A stretch of DNA of 64,000 nucleotides from an uncultured Pelagibacteraceae bacterium (GTDB lineage Bacteria > Pseudomonadota > Alphaproteobacteria > Pelagibacterales > Pelagibacteraceae). Position numbers and translations under genes: made by a program. The DNA lies in assembly GCA_902558445.1 (NCBI GenBank), contig CACEDX010000006.1, positions 9,389 through 73,388 of the forward strand, written 5' to 3'. Below the pieces are notes generated by a model. It searched no databases and was not told the DNA's origin. It saw only the letters and a list, made by a program, of their open reading frames with translations. Shown here piece by piece: positions 24,701 through 33,425 of this stretch; the stretch's first letter is position 1; every line of letters starts with the position of its first letter.

Positions 24701-25263
24701 TGACAAACGCTCCCTTAATGCCTATGGCAACAGCTGTATGGCTAGTAGAAAATACAACACTCACTTTCAAACAGATAGCTGATTTTTGTAAATTACATGA
24801 AGTAGAGGTTCAAGGGATAGCTGATGGTGAGGTCGCAAAAGGCATTAAAGCATATAATCCAATAATCTCAGGACAACTCTCAAGAGAGGAAATTGAATTA
24901 TCATCAAAAGATCAATCAAGACCTTTGGAAATAAAGAATACTGATATTGAAATATCAAATTCAGAGAAAAAAATTAAAAAATATGTTCCTCTATCAAAAA
25001 GGCAAGATAAGCCAGACTCGGCATTGTGGCTGATTAAAAGTCATAATATTTTAAAAGACTCACAAATTGCAAAGCTCGTTGGTATAACTAAAAATTCTGT
25101 CACTTCAATAAGAAATAAAAGTTATTGGAATTATAATAATTTGAATCCAAAAGACCCCGTTGCTTTAAATTTATTTACACAAAAAGATTTAGTTCAAGCA
25201 CTAGAAAAAGCTGAAAGGCGAATTAAAAGAGAGAAAAAACAAAGAGAGAAACAAAACTACTAA
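24700..25263 (+). CDS. DUF1013 family protein (TrcR-like alphaproteobacterial regulator)
   Basis: PLMPMATAVWLVENTTLTFKQIADFC, LEVQGIADG-like segment, SKRQDKPD, PKDPVAL. Confidence 0.88.
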   Translation: MTNAPLMPMATAVWLVENTTLTFKQIADFCKLHEVEVQGIADGEVAKGIKAYNPIISGQLSREEIELSSKDQSRPLEIKNTDIEISNSEKKIKKYVPLSKRQDKPDSALWLIKSHNILKDSQIAKLVGITKNSVTSIRNKSYWNYNNLNPKDPVALNLFTQKDLVQALEKAERRIKREKKQREKQNY

Positions 25264-25330
25264 ATATAATCCTTTATGATGAATAAATTAGATAGACATA
25301 AAAATTTAAAAATGTTAACTACACGTTTTT

Positions 25331-25537
25331 TTGGAGGTATTTATTAAAATAGAAGTTAAAGATAATAATGTAGAACAAGCTCTTAGAGTTTTGAAAAGAA
25401 AACTTCAGAGAGATGGTTTTTTTAAAGTGATAAAATTAAAAAATACTTATGAAAAACCTTCTGAGAAAAAAAAAAGAATTCTTCAAGAAAATATTAAGAG
25501 AGTAAAAAAACTTAATAAATTAAAAAATAGAATTTAA
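25331..25537 (+). CDS. rpsU: 30S ribosomal protein S21 (true start may be ATT at 25343)
   Basis: VKDNNVEQALRVLKRKLQRDG, YEKPSEK. Confidence 0.93.
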   Translation: MEVFIKIEVKDNNVEQALRVLKRKLQRDGFFKVIKLKNTYEKPSEKKKRILQENIKRVKKLNKLKNRI

Positions 25538-25543
25538 GCATAT

Positions 25544-25620
<77 letters not shown>

Positions 25621-25713
25621 ATTTGAAGATAAAATTAATTCACTTAAACGTCTTAATTAAAAAATATATATTTTATACAATACCTAAAATAAAATATAAT
25701 ATACAATCAAATA

Positions 25714-26418
25714 GTGACTAGCAAAAAATTTCAAATTCTACTCCCTGTTTTTAACGAGGGTTTAACAATAAAAAAAACTCTTTATGATATTTATGATGCT
25801 TTGAAAAATGACATTGATTTTGAATTTATTATTTCAGAAGATGGGAGTACTGATAATACAAAAAAAATCCTAAATGATCTCAAGAAAGAACTTCCTATGA
25901 TTTTGGTTTCTGAAGACAAAAGAAAATATTATTCTTTGGCTGTCCTGGACGGTATCAAAAAAGCTTCTTCAGATTTTTTATTAATAATGGACTCAGATGG
26001 TCAATGTGATCCTAAAGATATAATAAAGTTTTGGGGTGAGAGAAATGCTTCTGATTTAATTTGTGGCTATAGATCACCTAGGCATGATTATGCCTATAGG
26101 AGATTTATCTCGAAGATTTTTTATTTTATTTACAACATTCTGTTCAAAGTCCCATTAAGAGACCCTAGTTTTGCTTTTGTTTTTATGAATAAAAAAACTT
26201 ACTCAAATTTGAATAATTTTGTTCCATATTTGCCCGATGGTTTTTTTTGGGAATTTAACGCTCGAGCAAATAAATTAAACTTTTCATTCAATGAAATTAA
26301 AATCAATCACAGAAAAAGAAGTTCTGGAGATACAAAAATTTACACCTTGAGTAAATTACCAAAAATTGCCTATAATAATTTTACGGGTCTTTTAAAATTA
26401 AAAAAAGAAATTGGATAG
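25714..26418 (+). CDS. GT2 glycosyltransferase, polyprenol-phosphate sugar synthase-like
   Basis: LPVFNE, EDGSTDNT, MDSDGQ, GYR, R..G.TK motifs. Confidence 0.85.
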   Translation: MTSKKFQILLPVFNEGLTIKKTLYDIYDALKNDIDFEFIISEDGSTDNTKKILNDLKKELPMILVSEDKRKYYSLAVLDGIKKASSDFLLIMDSDGQCDPKDIIKFWGERNASDLICGYRSPRHDYAYRRFISKIFYFIYNILFKVPLRDPSFAFVFMNKKTYSNLNNFVPYLPDGFFWEFNARANKLNFSFNEIKINHRKRSSGDTKIYTLSKLPKIAYNNFTGLLKLKKEIG

Positions 26419-27413
26419 TGATTTTAATTGTTGGAGCAAACGGTTTTTTTGGCACTCAACTTCAAAAATTATTTTTAAAAAAAAAGATCAAATTTTTTGC
26501 TTCTGATATCTCTTTGAAAGAAAATAATTATTTAGATATTAGAAATAAAAATTCAATCAAAGATATAATTAAAAAAAACAATATTAATATTATAATAAAT
26601 TGTTCTTGTGAACCGGCCACCAGTAAGTCTAAAAATAAATTATGGAGTACTAACGTAGAGGGAAACAATAACTTAATAAAATGCTGTTTAGAATTTGATA
26701 TTAAAAAATATATTTACATATCAACTTCAGCGATATGGGTAAAAAATTACAAGAATCCTGTTGACGAAAGAGAAGAATATAACCCAGTAGAAAATTATGG
26801 GAAATCAAAAGTACAGGCAGAAAAAGATATTATAAGTTCAAATTTAAATAATTGGACGATATTTAGAGTTCCAATGATAGTCTCTAAAGAGAGATTGGGA
26901 ATTTTAAGCTTATTATTTGATTTAATTATTTCAAATAAGAAAATTCCTTTATTAGGAACAGGAGAAAATATTTTACAATTTATTCATGCTGATGATTTAA
27001 GTAATTATATTTATTTATCACTGAGCACAATCGAGAAGAATATATATAACGTTGGTAGTGAGGAAAATGTATCTTTAAAAGGCTTGATAAAGAAATTAAT
27101 ACACGAGTCAAATTCTAAATCAAAAATAATCTTAATTAAAGATCTTGGATTTTCATTTATTTTAAACTTTTTAAATAAGTTAAATTTATCACCATTAAAT
27201 ATTTATCATTTGAATATGTTGAAATATTCTTTAACTTTAAATTCAAACAAAATTTATAAAAATTACAAAATCAGACCTAAAATAAAAACAAGTGCAATGA
27301 TATTAGAGGCTCTTAATAATTATAAAGAAAACCTTGGTAAAAATACAATCAATACAGAGATTACAAATCCTATTAAACCTGGTGTATTTAAAATAATTAA
27401 ATTTTTTCTTTAA
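26418..27413 (+). CDS. NAD-dependent epimerase/dehydratase family protein
   Basis: GANGFFG, STSA, YGKSK, QFIHADD, YNVGS. Confidence 0.85.
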   Translation: MILIVGANGFFGTQLQKLFLKKKIKFFASDISLKENNYLDIRNKNSIKDIIKKNNINIIINCSCEPATSKSKNKLWSTNVEGNNNLIKCCLEFDIKKYIYISTSAIWVKNYKNPVDEREEYNPVENYGKSKVQAEKDIISSNLNNWTIFRVPMIVSKERLGILSLLFDLIISNKKIPLLGTGENILQFIHADDLSNYIYLSLSTIEKNIYNVGSEENVSLKGLIKKLIHESNSKSKIILIKDLGFSFILNFLNKLNLSPLNIYHLNMLKYSLTLNSNKIYKNYKIRPKIKTSAMILEALNNYKENLGKNTINTEITNPIKPGVFKIIKFFL

Positions 27414-28699
27414 AAAGTATAAAATAAAGGTATTTTTTTTATTCCATGATAGTAAACATAAGCAATTGTTAAAATAACAAATTCCCAAATAAATAAAAAT
27501 GTGATTGTACTATTTTTATTTAATCTCAAATTTACAATGTGATCTTTTGAAAAAAAAATATAGTACGTGAATAAATATAGCGGATCAAACCATTCTTGAT
27601 ACACAGAATTTACAAAACCATAATTTAAATAAATCAATGGTAAAATCAAAAAATATTTATAATTATTTGATTTTATAATTGAGATTATGTAAGCGAAAAA
27701 AGCAGAGGAGATTAAAATAAGAAGTTTAGGATCATTATTTAAAAAAAAATAATTGAATTTGACAATATACCCTCCACTTTTAAGAGGATAATTAATGTCA
27801 TTAAATAACAGATATTTTATAAAAAAAACTATTATGAAAATTAATAAACATTTCTTTGAGAAGAAAATTTTTAAAAATCGTGAAAAATTTATTAACACTA
27901 TAGGTATAGAATAAAAAAAGAATAAAGATGATATTTTTGGTATATTTAAAAGTATATTTTCTAAACTTAAACCACCTGATGCACTGGTAGCTTGAGATAT
28001 ATCTCTAAATACACCCCAAATATATAAAACATAAAATCCAGGTAATGATAAAAGTGAATAGATAACAATAGTAAAAATTAATTCTTTCTTATTATTGTTC
28101 AATAATAAAATTAAAATGTGAAATACTGCTAAAAACAAAAATTGTTGTCTAACGTATAAAGTTAAAGAAATTAACACAGTTAATATCAAATTATTTTTAA
28201 AAGAGGTTTTTTTTTGAATTAATAAATTTAGAAAATAAAGTGAAGGTATCAAAAAGAAAAAAGATAAGTTTTCTGTCATTCCCCAGTATGAAGAGGATCT
28301 AAACCATGGACTTAATAATATAATAAAAGGTATTAGATAAACTAAAAAATTATTTTCAAAATCAATTTTTTTTAGTTTTAAAAACTGATAAAAAATAAAA
28401 ATTATTAACAAATTAAAGATTGTATTATTTAAACAATAAAATAAATTTTTTTTAGCAGGATTAAAAAATGATTGAAAAGTATGAAAAAATGGAAATGTAG
28501 CCTCTCCATAGCTTTGATAATTTCTAATAGTCTCAAAGTAATCTTTTCTTAGATCATTAATTATTATCCAAATATGATGTTCTAAATCTATATGACCAGC
28601 TCCATTTGTAATTTCTCTGAGATAAAATCCTAAAAAATAACTTGATAATAATAAAAAAATTAGAAAAAGGCTGAGTTTATTTCTTTCAAACTTGATCAT
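27410..28699 (-). CDS. multi-pass membrane protein, putative GT-C fold glycosyltransferase
   Basis: About 11-12 hydrophobic segments, acidic/His residues in the first loop (HIDLEHH), a YVRQ motif; next to a GT2. Function inferred. Confidence 0.55.
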   Translation of the reverse strand: MIKFERNKLSLFLIFLLLSSYFLGFYLREITNGAGHIDLEHHIWIIINDLRKDYFETIRNYQSYGEATFPFFHTFQSFFNPAKKNLFYCLNNTIFNLLIIFIFYQFLKLKKIDFENNFLVYLIPFIILLSPWFRSSSYWGMTENLSFFFLIPSLYFLNLLIQKKTSFKNNLILTVLISLTLYVRQQFLFLAVFHILILLLNNNKKELIFTIVIYSLLSLPGFYVLYIWGVFRDISQATSASGGLSLENILLNIPKISSLFFFYSIPIVLINFSRFLKIFFSKKCLLIFIIVFFIKYLLFNDINYPLKSGGYIVKFNYFFLNNDPKLLILISSAFFAYIISIIKSNNYKYFLILPLIYLNYGFVNSVYQEWFDPLYLFTYYIFFSKDHIVNLRLNKNSTITFLFIWEFVILTIAYVYYHGIKKIPLFYTF

Positions 28700-28770
28700 T
28701 TTAAATTATTTATTCTTCTTTCTCAAAAAAAATTCAAATCAAATTGATTGTCTTTTTATATGTAATTTAA

Positions 28771-29469
28771 TCAAATCTTAAAATTAGATTTCTTACTATC
28801 AATCAAAAAATTTTTTACTGTTTCTTGAGTAAGTTGATCAAAAGATTTCCCAAAGTTTTGAATTTTTTCAATTATAGCAGGGGGTATTGTTATTATATGA
28901 CATCCAATTTGTTTTGCTTGAGTATAGTTATATGGCTCTCTTACACTCGCCCATAAAATTTCTACATTTTTGTATCTTTTTGCCATTTTGATACTTTTTA
29001 CAAATTCAGGAACAGGATCTTTACCAACATCACCTGCTCTTCCAGCAAAAATTGAAATTATAACCTTTGTTTTTTTATTAATCATTTTTAAAATTTTGGC
29101 TGTTTGATTTGCGGTATAAACTGCTGTTATATTCAATTTAATATTTTGATTATTCAAATACTTTATTACTTTTCCAGTAAATTGATTTTTTGAATTTACA
29201 ATTGGCACTTTTACATAAATATTTTTACCCCATTTATTTATTTCTATTCCTTGCTTAATCATAGTTTTATGGTCATCAGCAAATACTTCAAATGAAATAG
29301 GTTTATTTTTACAAACTCTGAGTATTTGTTTCGAGTATAATTTATAGTTTTTTGCACCTGCTTTTCTCATCAAACTAGGATTTGTTGTAAAACCCTTCAC
29401 TATTTTTTTATTATTAAACTTTTTAATGAGATCTAAATCTGCAATATCACAAAAAATTTTTATACTCAT
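28771..29469 (-). CDS. tal: transaldolase (short TalC/FSA-size form)
   Basis: IFCDIAD, GFTTNPSLM, ISFEV, YVKVP Schiff-base Lys, NITAVY, FAGR, LWASVRE. Confidence 0.92.
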   Translation of the reverse strand: MSIKIFCDIADLDLIKKFNNKKIVKGFTTNPSLMRKAGAKNYKLYSKQILRVCKNKPISFEVFADDHKTMIKQGIEINKWGKNIYVKVPIVNSKNQFTGKVIKYLNNQNIKLNITAVYTANQTAKILKMINKKTKVIISIFAGRAGDVGKDPVPEFVKSIKMAKRYKNVEILWASVREPYNYTQAKQIGCHIITIPPAIIEKIQNFGKSFDQLTQETVKNFLIDSKKSNFKI

Positions 29470-29474
29470 TTAAT

Positions 29475-30872
29475 TTATAAATTTTTTGTTATTTCTTCGG
29501 TCATTTTTTTTGCATCAGCAAACAACATTAATGTATTTTCTTTATAGAAAAGATCATTGTCAATTCCAGCATATCCTGGTGATAAACTTCTTTTGACAAA
29601 CAATACTGATTTACATTTTTCAACATCTAAAACTGGCATTCCATAAATTGGACTTTGAGGATCAGTTTTTGCCACAGGATTTGTTACATCATTAGCTCCT
29701 ATTACGAATGCTACATCTGCGTTTGCAAAATCGTTATTAATCTCCTCCAATTCAAAAACTTCATCATAAGGTACATTAGCTTCCGCCAATAGCACATTCA
29801 TGTGGCCAGGCATTCTACCTGCTACAGGGTGAATAGCATAGGATACTTTTATGTCATTTTTTTTTAAAGTATCCACCATTTCTCTTAAAGCATGTTGAGC
29901 TTGAGCGACTGCCATTCCATATCCAGGAACAATTATTACTGATGAAGCATTCTTCATTAAAAAAGCAGCATCATCTGCATTACCACTTTTGACTGGTCTT
30001 TGCTCTTTTGAGACATTTTTAGATGTTTCATCTGTTGCTCCCCATCCACCTAAAATAACATTGAAGAAAGAACGATTCATACCTTTACACATTATGTATG
30101 ATAAAATTGCTCCAGATGATCCAACAAGCGCTCCGGTTATTATTAAAGCTGTATTCTCTAAAGTAAATCCAATTCCTGCTGCGGCCCATCCTGAATATGA
30201 ATTCAACATTGATATTACCACAGGCATATCAGCACCACCGATTGGAATAATTAGTAGAAAACCGATTAAAAATGAGACTGCTAATAATATCCAAAACAAA
30301 TTTGATGACTGCGTTGAACATAAAAAATAAATTAAAACAATTATTGAAATTAAGATTATAGCGTTTAATGGATGCTGACCTTTAAATGTGATAGGTGAAC
30401 CTGACATTATTCCTTGCAATTTTAGAAAAGCAATTACTGAGCCAGAAAATGTAATAGCTCCGACTGCGGCTCCAATTGACATTTCAATTAAACTACCAAG
30501 CTTTATGTTTCCAGGGTTTCCAAGATTAAATGCTTCAGGATTTAAAAAAGCAGAAATTGCAACAAAAACTGCTGCTAAACCTACCAAACTATGAAAACCT
30601 GCAACTAATTCTGGCATCGCTGTCATTGGTATTCTGTATGCAATTAAAGCTCCTATTGAACCTCCAACTAAAATAAAGATTAGAACGTAAATAAATCCAC
30701 TTGAAAAATTACCAACAGATAAAAAAGTTACAGCTACAGCAATAATCATTCCTACGATACCAAAGAAATTACCTTGTCTTGATGTCTCTGGAGATGACAA
30801 GCCTCTTAAAGCCAAAATAAATAAGACACCAGAAACTAAGTAAAAAATTGCTGAAAAATTTGCTGATATCAC
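29475..30872 (-). CDS. pntB: NAD(P) transhydrogenase beta subunit
   Basis: MPELVAGFHSLVG, GGADMPVVISMLNSYSG, PGYGMAVAQAQ, HPVAGRMPGHMNV. Confidence 0.98.
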   Translation of the reverse strand: MISANFSAIFYLVSGVLFILALRGLSSPETSRQGNFFGIVGMIIAVAVTFLSVGNFSSGFIYVLIFILVGGSIGALIAYRIPMTAMPELVAGFHSLVGLAAVFVAISAFLNPEAFNLGNPGNIKLGSLIEMSIGAAVGAITFSGSVIAFLKLQGIMSGSPITFKGQHPLNAIILISIIVLIYFLCSTQSSNLFWILLAVSFLIGFLLIIPIGGADMPVVISMLNSYSGWAAAGIGFTLENTALIITGALVGSSGAILSYIMCKGMNRSFFNVILGGWGATDETSKNVSKEQRPVKSGNADDAAFLMKNASSVIIVPGYGMAVAQAQHALREMVDTLKKNDIKVSYAIHPVAGRMPGHMNVLLAEANVPYDEVFELEEINNDFANADVAFVIGANDVTNPVAKTDPQSPIYGMPVLDVEKCKSVLFVKRSLSPGYAGIDNDLFYKENTLMLFADAKKMTEEITKNL

Positions 30873-31180
30873 TTTTTATCCTTTTTCTTTTTTTTATACA
30901 TTGCAAGCATTCTTTGAGTAACCAGAAAACCACCAAAAATATTAATCGCTGCCAATGCAATAGCTAAAAAACCAAAAATGCTAGAATTATTAAAAACATT
31001 ATCTGGATTACCGGATAATCCTGCGATTATTGCCCCAACAATAATTACAGATGAAATTGCGTTAGTCACAGACATTAAAGGAGTATGTAAAGATGGCGTA
31101 ACGCTCCAAACAACATAATACCCTACAAATATCGAGAGAATAAATATACTTAGTCTGAATATTAAAGGATCAATTTCCAT
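30869..31180 (-). CDS. pntAB: NAD(P) transhydrogenase alpha subunit part 2
   Basis: SLHTPLMSVTNAISS, NIFGGFLVTQRML. Confidence 0.95.
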   Translation of the reverse strand: MEIDPLIFRLSIFILSIFVGYYVVWSVTPSLHTPLMSVTNAISSVIIVGAIIAGLSGNPDNVFNNSSIFGFLAIALAAINIFGGFLVTQRMLAMYKKKKKDKK

Positions 31181-31183
31181 ATT

Positions 31184-32272
31184 TTATTTAATGAGTGTTT
31201 TTTCTATTATTTCATCCTCTAAATTAATATTTAATTTTTTATTTTCTTTATCAAATAAATTTTCAACAAAATTAAACATATTTTTTGCATATAAGCTAGA
31301 CGCAGACACTGGTAGTTTGTTTAAAATATTACTTTCACCCATAATTTTAACTCCGTTTTTTTCAGTAATTTCATCTGCTTTAGTAAATGCGGTGTTGCCA
31401 CCTTGTACAGCGGCTAAATCATAAATAACAGAACCAGCTTGCATATTATTAATCATATCCTCTTTGATAATAATAGGTGCTTTTTTTCCAGGTATTAATG
31501 CTGTGCAAATAACAATATCAATCTTTTTTAAAGTTTCAGAAAGTAAATCCTCTTGTTTTTTTTTAAAGTCATCAGATGCCTCTTTCGCATAACCACCTTC
31601 TGTTTCTAAATTTTCAGCACCATCAACCATCAAAAATTTTCCACCTAAACTCTCAACTTGTTCCTTTGACGCCATCCTCACATCTGTAGCAAAAACTATA
31701 CCCCCCATTCTTTTTGCTGTAGCAATTGCTTGTAGTCCAGCAACACCTGCTCCAACAACCAATATCTTTGCAGCCGGAACAGTTCCTGCAGCTGTCATCA
31801 TCATAGGTATAGCTTTCTCAAAATTAGCAAATGCCTCGATTACTGCTTTATACCCAGCTAGGTTGGCTTGTGAAGATAAAATATCCATAGATTGAGCTCT
31901 TGTTATTCTTGGTAATAACTCTAAAGAAAAAAGTTTTATCTTTTTATCTTTTAACAGATCTAATTTTTCTCTGTTATCATAAGGGTTCAAAACACCAATT
32001 AGAGTTTGATCTTCTTTTAATAACGAACTTTTGTCATCAGACAATAATCCTAATTGTACAATAATATTTGAAAGATTTATTATTTCTTTATCATCACTTA
32101 AAAATTTTACACCAATCTTTTCATATTCCTCATCGGTGATACCTAAATGAGTTCCATAATTTTCAGATAACTGAACATCAAATCCCAGTGAAATATATTT
32201 TTTGGCAATTTCAGGAGTTATTGCAATTCTTTTTTCAATTTTTTGGTTTTCTAAAGTTGATCCGATTTTCAT
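31184..32272 (-). CDS. pntA: NAD(P) transhydrogenase alpha subunit part 1
   Basis: PRITRAQSMDILSSQANLAGY, GAGVAGL, EGGYAK, TALIPG, GGN. Confidence 0.96.
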   Translation of the reverse strand: MKIGSTLENQKIEKRIAITPEIAKKYISLGFDVQLSENYGTHLGITDEEYEKIGVKFLSDDKEIINLSNIIVQLGLLSDDKSSLLKEDQTLIGVLNPYDNREKLDLLKDKKIKLFSLELLPRITRAQSMDILSSQANLAGYKAVIEAFANFEKAIPMMMTAAGTVPAAKILVVGAGVAGLQAIATAKRMGGIVFATDVRMASKEQVESLGGKFLMVDGAENLETEGGYAKEASDDFKKKQEDLLSETLKKIDIVICTALIPGKKAPIIIKEDMINNMQAGSVIYDLAAVQGGNTAFTKADEITEKNGVKIMGESNILNKLPVSASSLYAKNMFNFVENLFDKENKKLNINLEDEIIEKTLIK

Positions 32273-32281
32273 TGGGAAATT

Positions 32282-32392
32282 CTATAATAAGAATAGTGCC
32301 ATTAGTATTAATACTGTCACTACCGCGACAGTTCCCCACAATACAAATTTTGTAAAATTATTCCAAGTTTTTTTATGGTTTTCATTATCCAT
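32282..32392 (-). CDS. 36-aa single-TM protein resembling aa3-type cytochrome c oxidase subunit IV (not in ORF track)
   Basis: Hand translation MDNENHKKTWNNFTKFVLWGTVAVVTVLILMALFLL*. The H..TW..F.K motif plus a TM helix resembles CtaH. It fills the rpmJ-pntA gap. Confidence 0.75.
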   Translation of the reverse strand: MDNENHKKTWNNFTKFVLWGTVAVVTVLILMALFLL

Positions 32393-32397
32393 AAAAA

Positions 32398-32523
32398 TTA
32401 CTTTTGTCTTGCTTTAAATTTTGGGTTTGTTTTATTGATGATATAAACTCTACCTCTACGTCTTACGAGTTTGGAGTTTAAATCTCTTTTCTTAATTGAT
32501 TTGAGTGAACTTTTTATTTTCAT
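32398..32523 (-). CDS. rpmJ: 50S ribosomal protein L36 (cysteine-free type; not in ORF track)
   Basis: Hand translation [41 protein letters not shown]. Confidence 0.95.
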   Translation of the reverse strand: MKIKSSLKSIKKRDLNSKLVRRRGRVYIINKTNPKFKARQK

Positions 32524-32536
32524 AATTATATAGTTA

Positions 32537-32652
32537 GCCTGGCAAAGTCCTACTCTTCCATGTCTTAAGACAAAGTACCATCGGCGCTGAAAAGCTTGAC
32601 TTCCGAGTTCGGAATGGGATCGGGTATTACCTCTTCGCTATAATCACCAGGC
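32537..32652 (-). rRNA. rrf: 5S rRNA, unlinked from 16S/23S
   Basis: Minus strand GCCTGGTGATTATAGCG...CCCGATCCCATTCCGAACTCGGAAGTCAAG...CGCCGATGGTACT...GAGTAGG...TGCCAGGC; terminal helix pairs; about 116 nt. Confidence 0.97.
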
Positions 32653-32658
32653 GGACTT

Positions 32659-32686
32659 TTTATACATTCATTGCCTTAGTTTTCAA
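32659..32686 (-). promoter_or_regulatory. putative sigma70 promoter for the 5S gene
   Basis: Minus strand TTGAAA-N16-TATAAA, ending about 6 nt before the 5S 5' end. Confidence 0.55.
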
Positions 32687-32692
32687 GCAATT

Positions 32693-33415
32693 TTATCTGT
32701 ATTTAATTAACGTTTTTAGTGCTTTTAAGGCGTCAGTTGTCTTGATTTTTTTTCCTTCTTTGTAACTTCTTCCATTATAGCTAATAGGTACTTCATGAAT
32801 TTTGAAACCTAAGTTGGAAATTTTAGAAGTTACCTCCGGACAAAAAGCAAAATCATTTTCTTCAAGTGTGATTAAATCAAATAACTCTTTATGAAAAACT
32901 TTATAGCATGTATGGGCATCTGTTAAATTTTGTTTATTTAAAAAATTAGAGATTATCGTTAAAAAGTGATTACCAAAAATTCTTACTTTTGAATTAAATC
33001 CAGAAATTTTATATCTTTCTCGATTTAAAACTCTTGATCCATAAACAACTTTGAAATTTCCATCTATTATAGGTTTTAATAACTTATCGTAATCATCAGG
33101 GTCATATTCTAAGTCTGCATCTTGTATAATAATAATATTTCCAGATAAATTATTTTTAGCAGTCTTTATCGCTGCTCCTTTTCCTAAATTCTTATCATGG
33201 AAAAAAGTTTTGAAATTATCTTTTATAGAAAAATTTTCTTTTATTATTTCTGTTGTCCCGTCTGATGATCCATCGTCGACAATTAGTATTTCGTAGGATT
33301 TAAAATTATGATTATTTAAACTTAAAATAACTCTATTGATAATCTTAATTAGTGTATTTTTTTCGTTATAACAGGGAATGATAATTGATATTTTTATTAA
33401 ATCTCTGTTTTTCAT
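32693..33415 (-). CDS. GT2 glycosyltransferase (DPM1/GtrB-like)
   Basis: IIPCYNE, VDDGSSDGT, NLGKGAA, QDADLEYDP, VYGSR, LTDAHTCYK, EGKKI. Confidence 0.9.
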   Translation of the reverse strand: MKNRDLIKISIIIPCYNEKNTLIKIINRVILSLNNHNFKSYEILIVDDGSSDGTTEIIKENFSIKDNFKTFFHDKNLGKGAAIKTAKNNLSGNIIIIQDADLEYDPDDYDKLLKPIIDGNFKVVYGSRVLNRERYKISGFNSKVRIFGNHFLTIISNFLNKQNLTDAHTCYKVFHKELFDLITLEENDFAFCPEVTSKISNLGFKIHEVPISYNGRSYKEGKKIKTTDALKALKTLIKYR

Positions 33416-33425
33416 AATTTTACAA

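Noticed and set aside
28700-28770. Possible attR (tRNA 3' duplication) closing the tRNA-Met cassette
   Set aside because: Only an 8-bp TTCAAATC match, and no integrase in the window.
32202-32417. 71-aa plus-strand ORF in the supplied track
   Set aside because: It is antisense to pntA, the small TM gene and rpmJ, which explain the region better.
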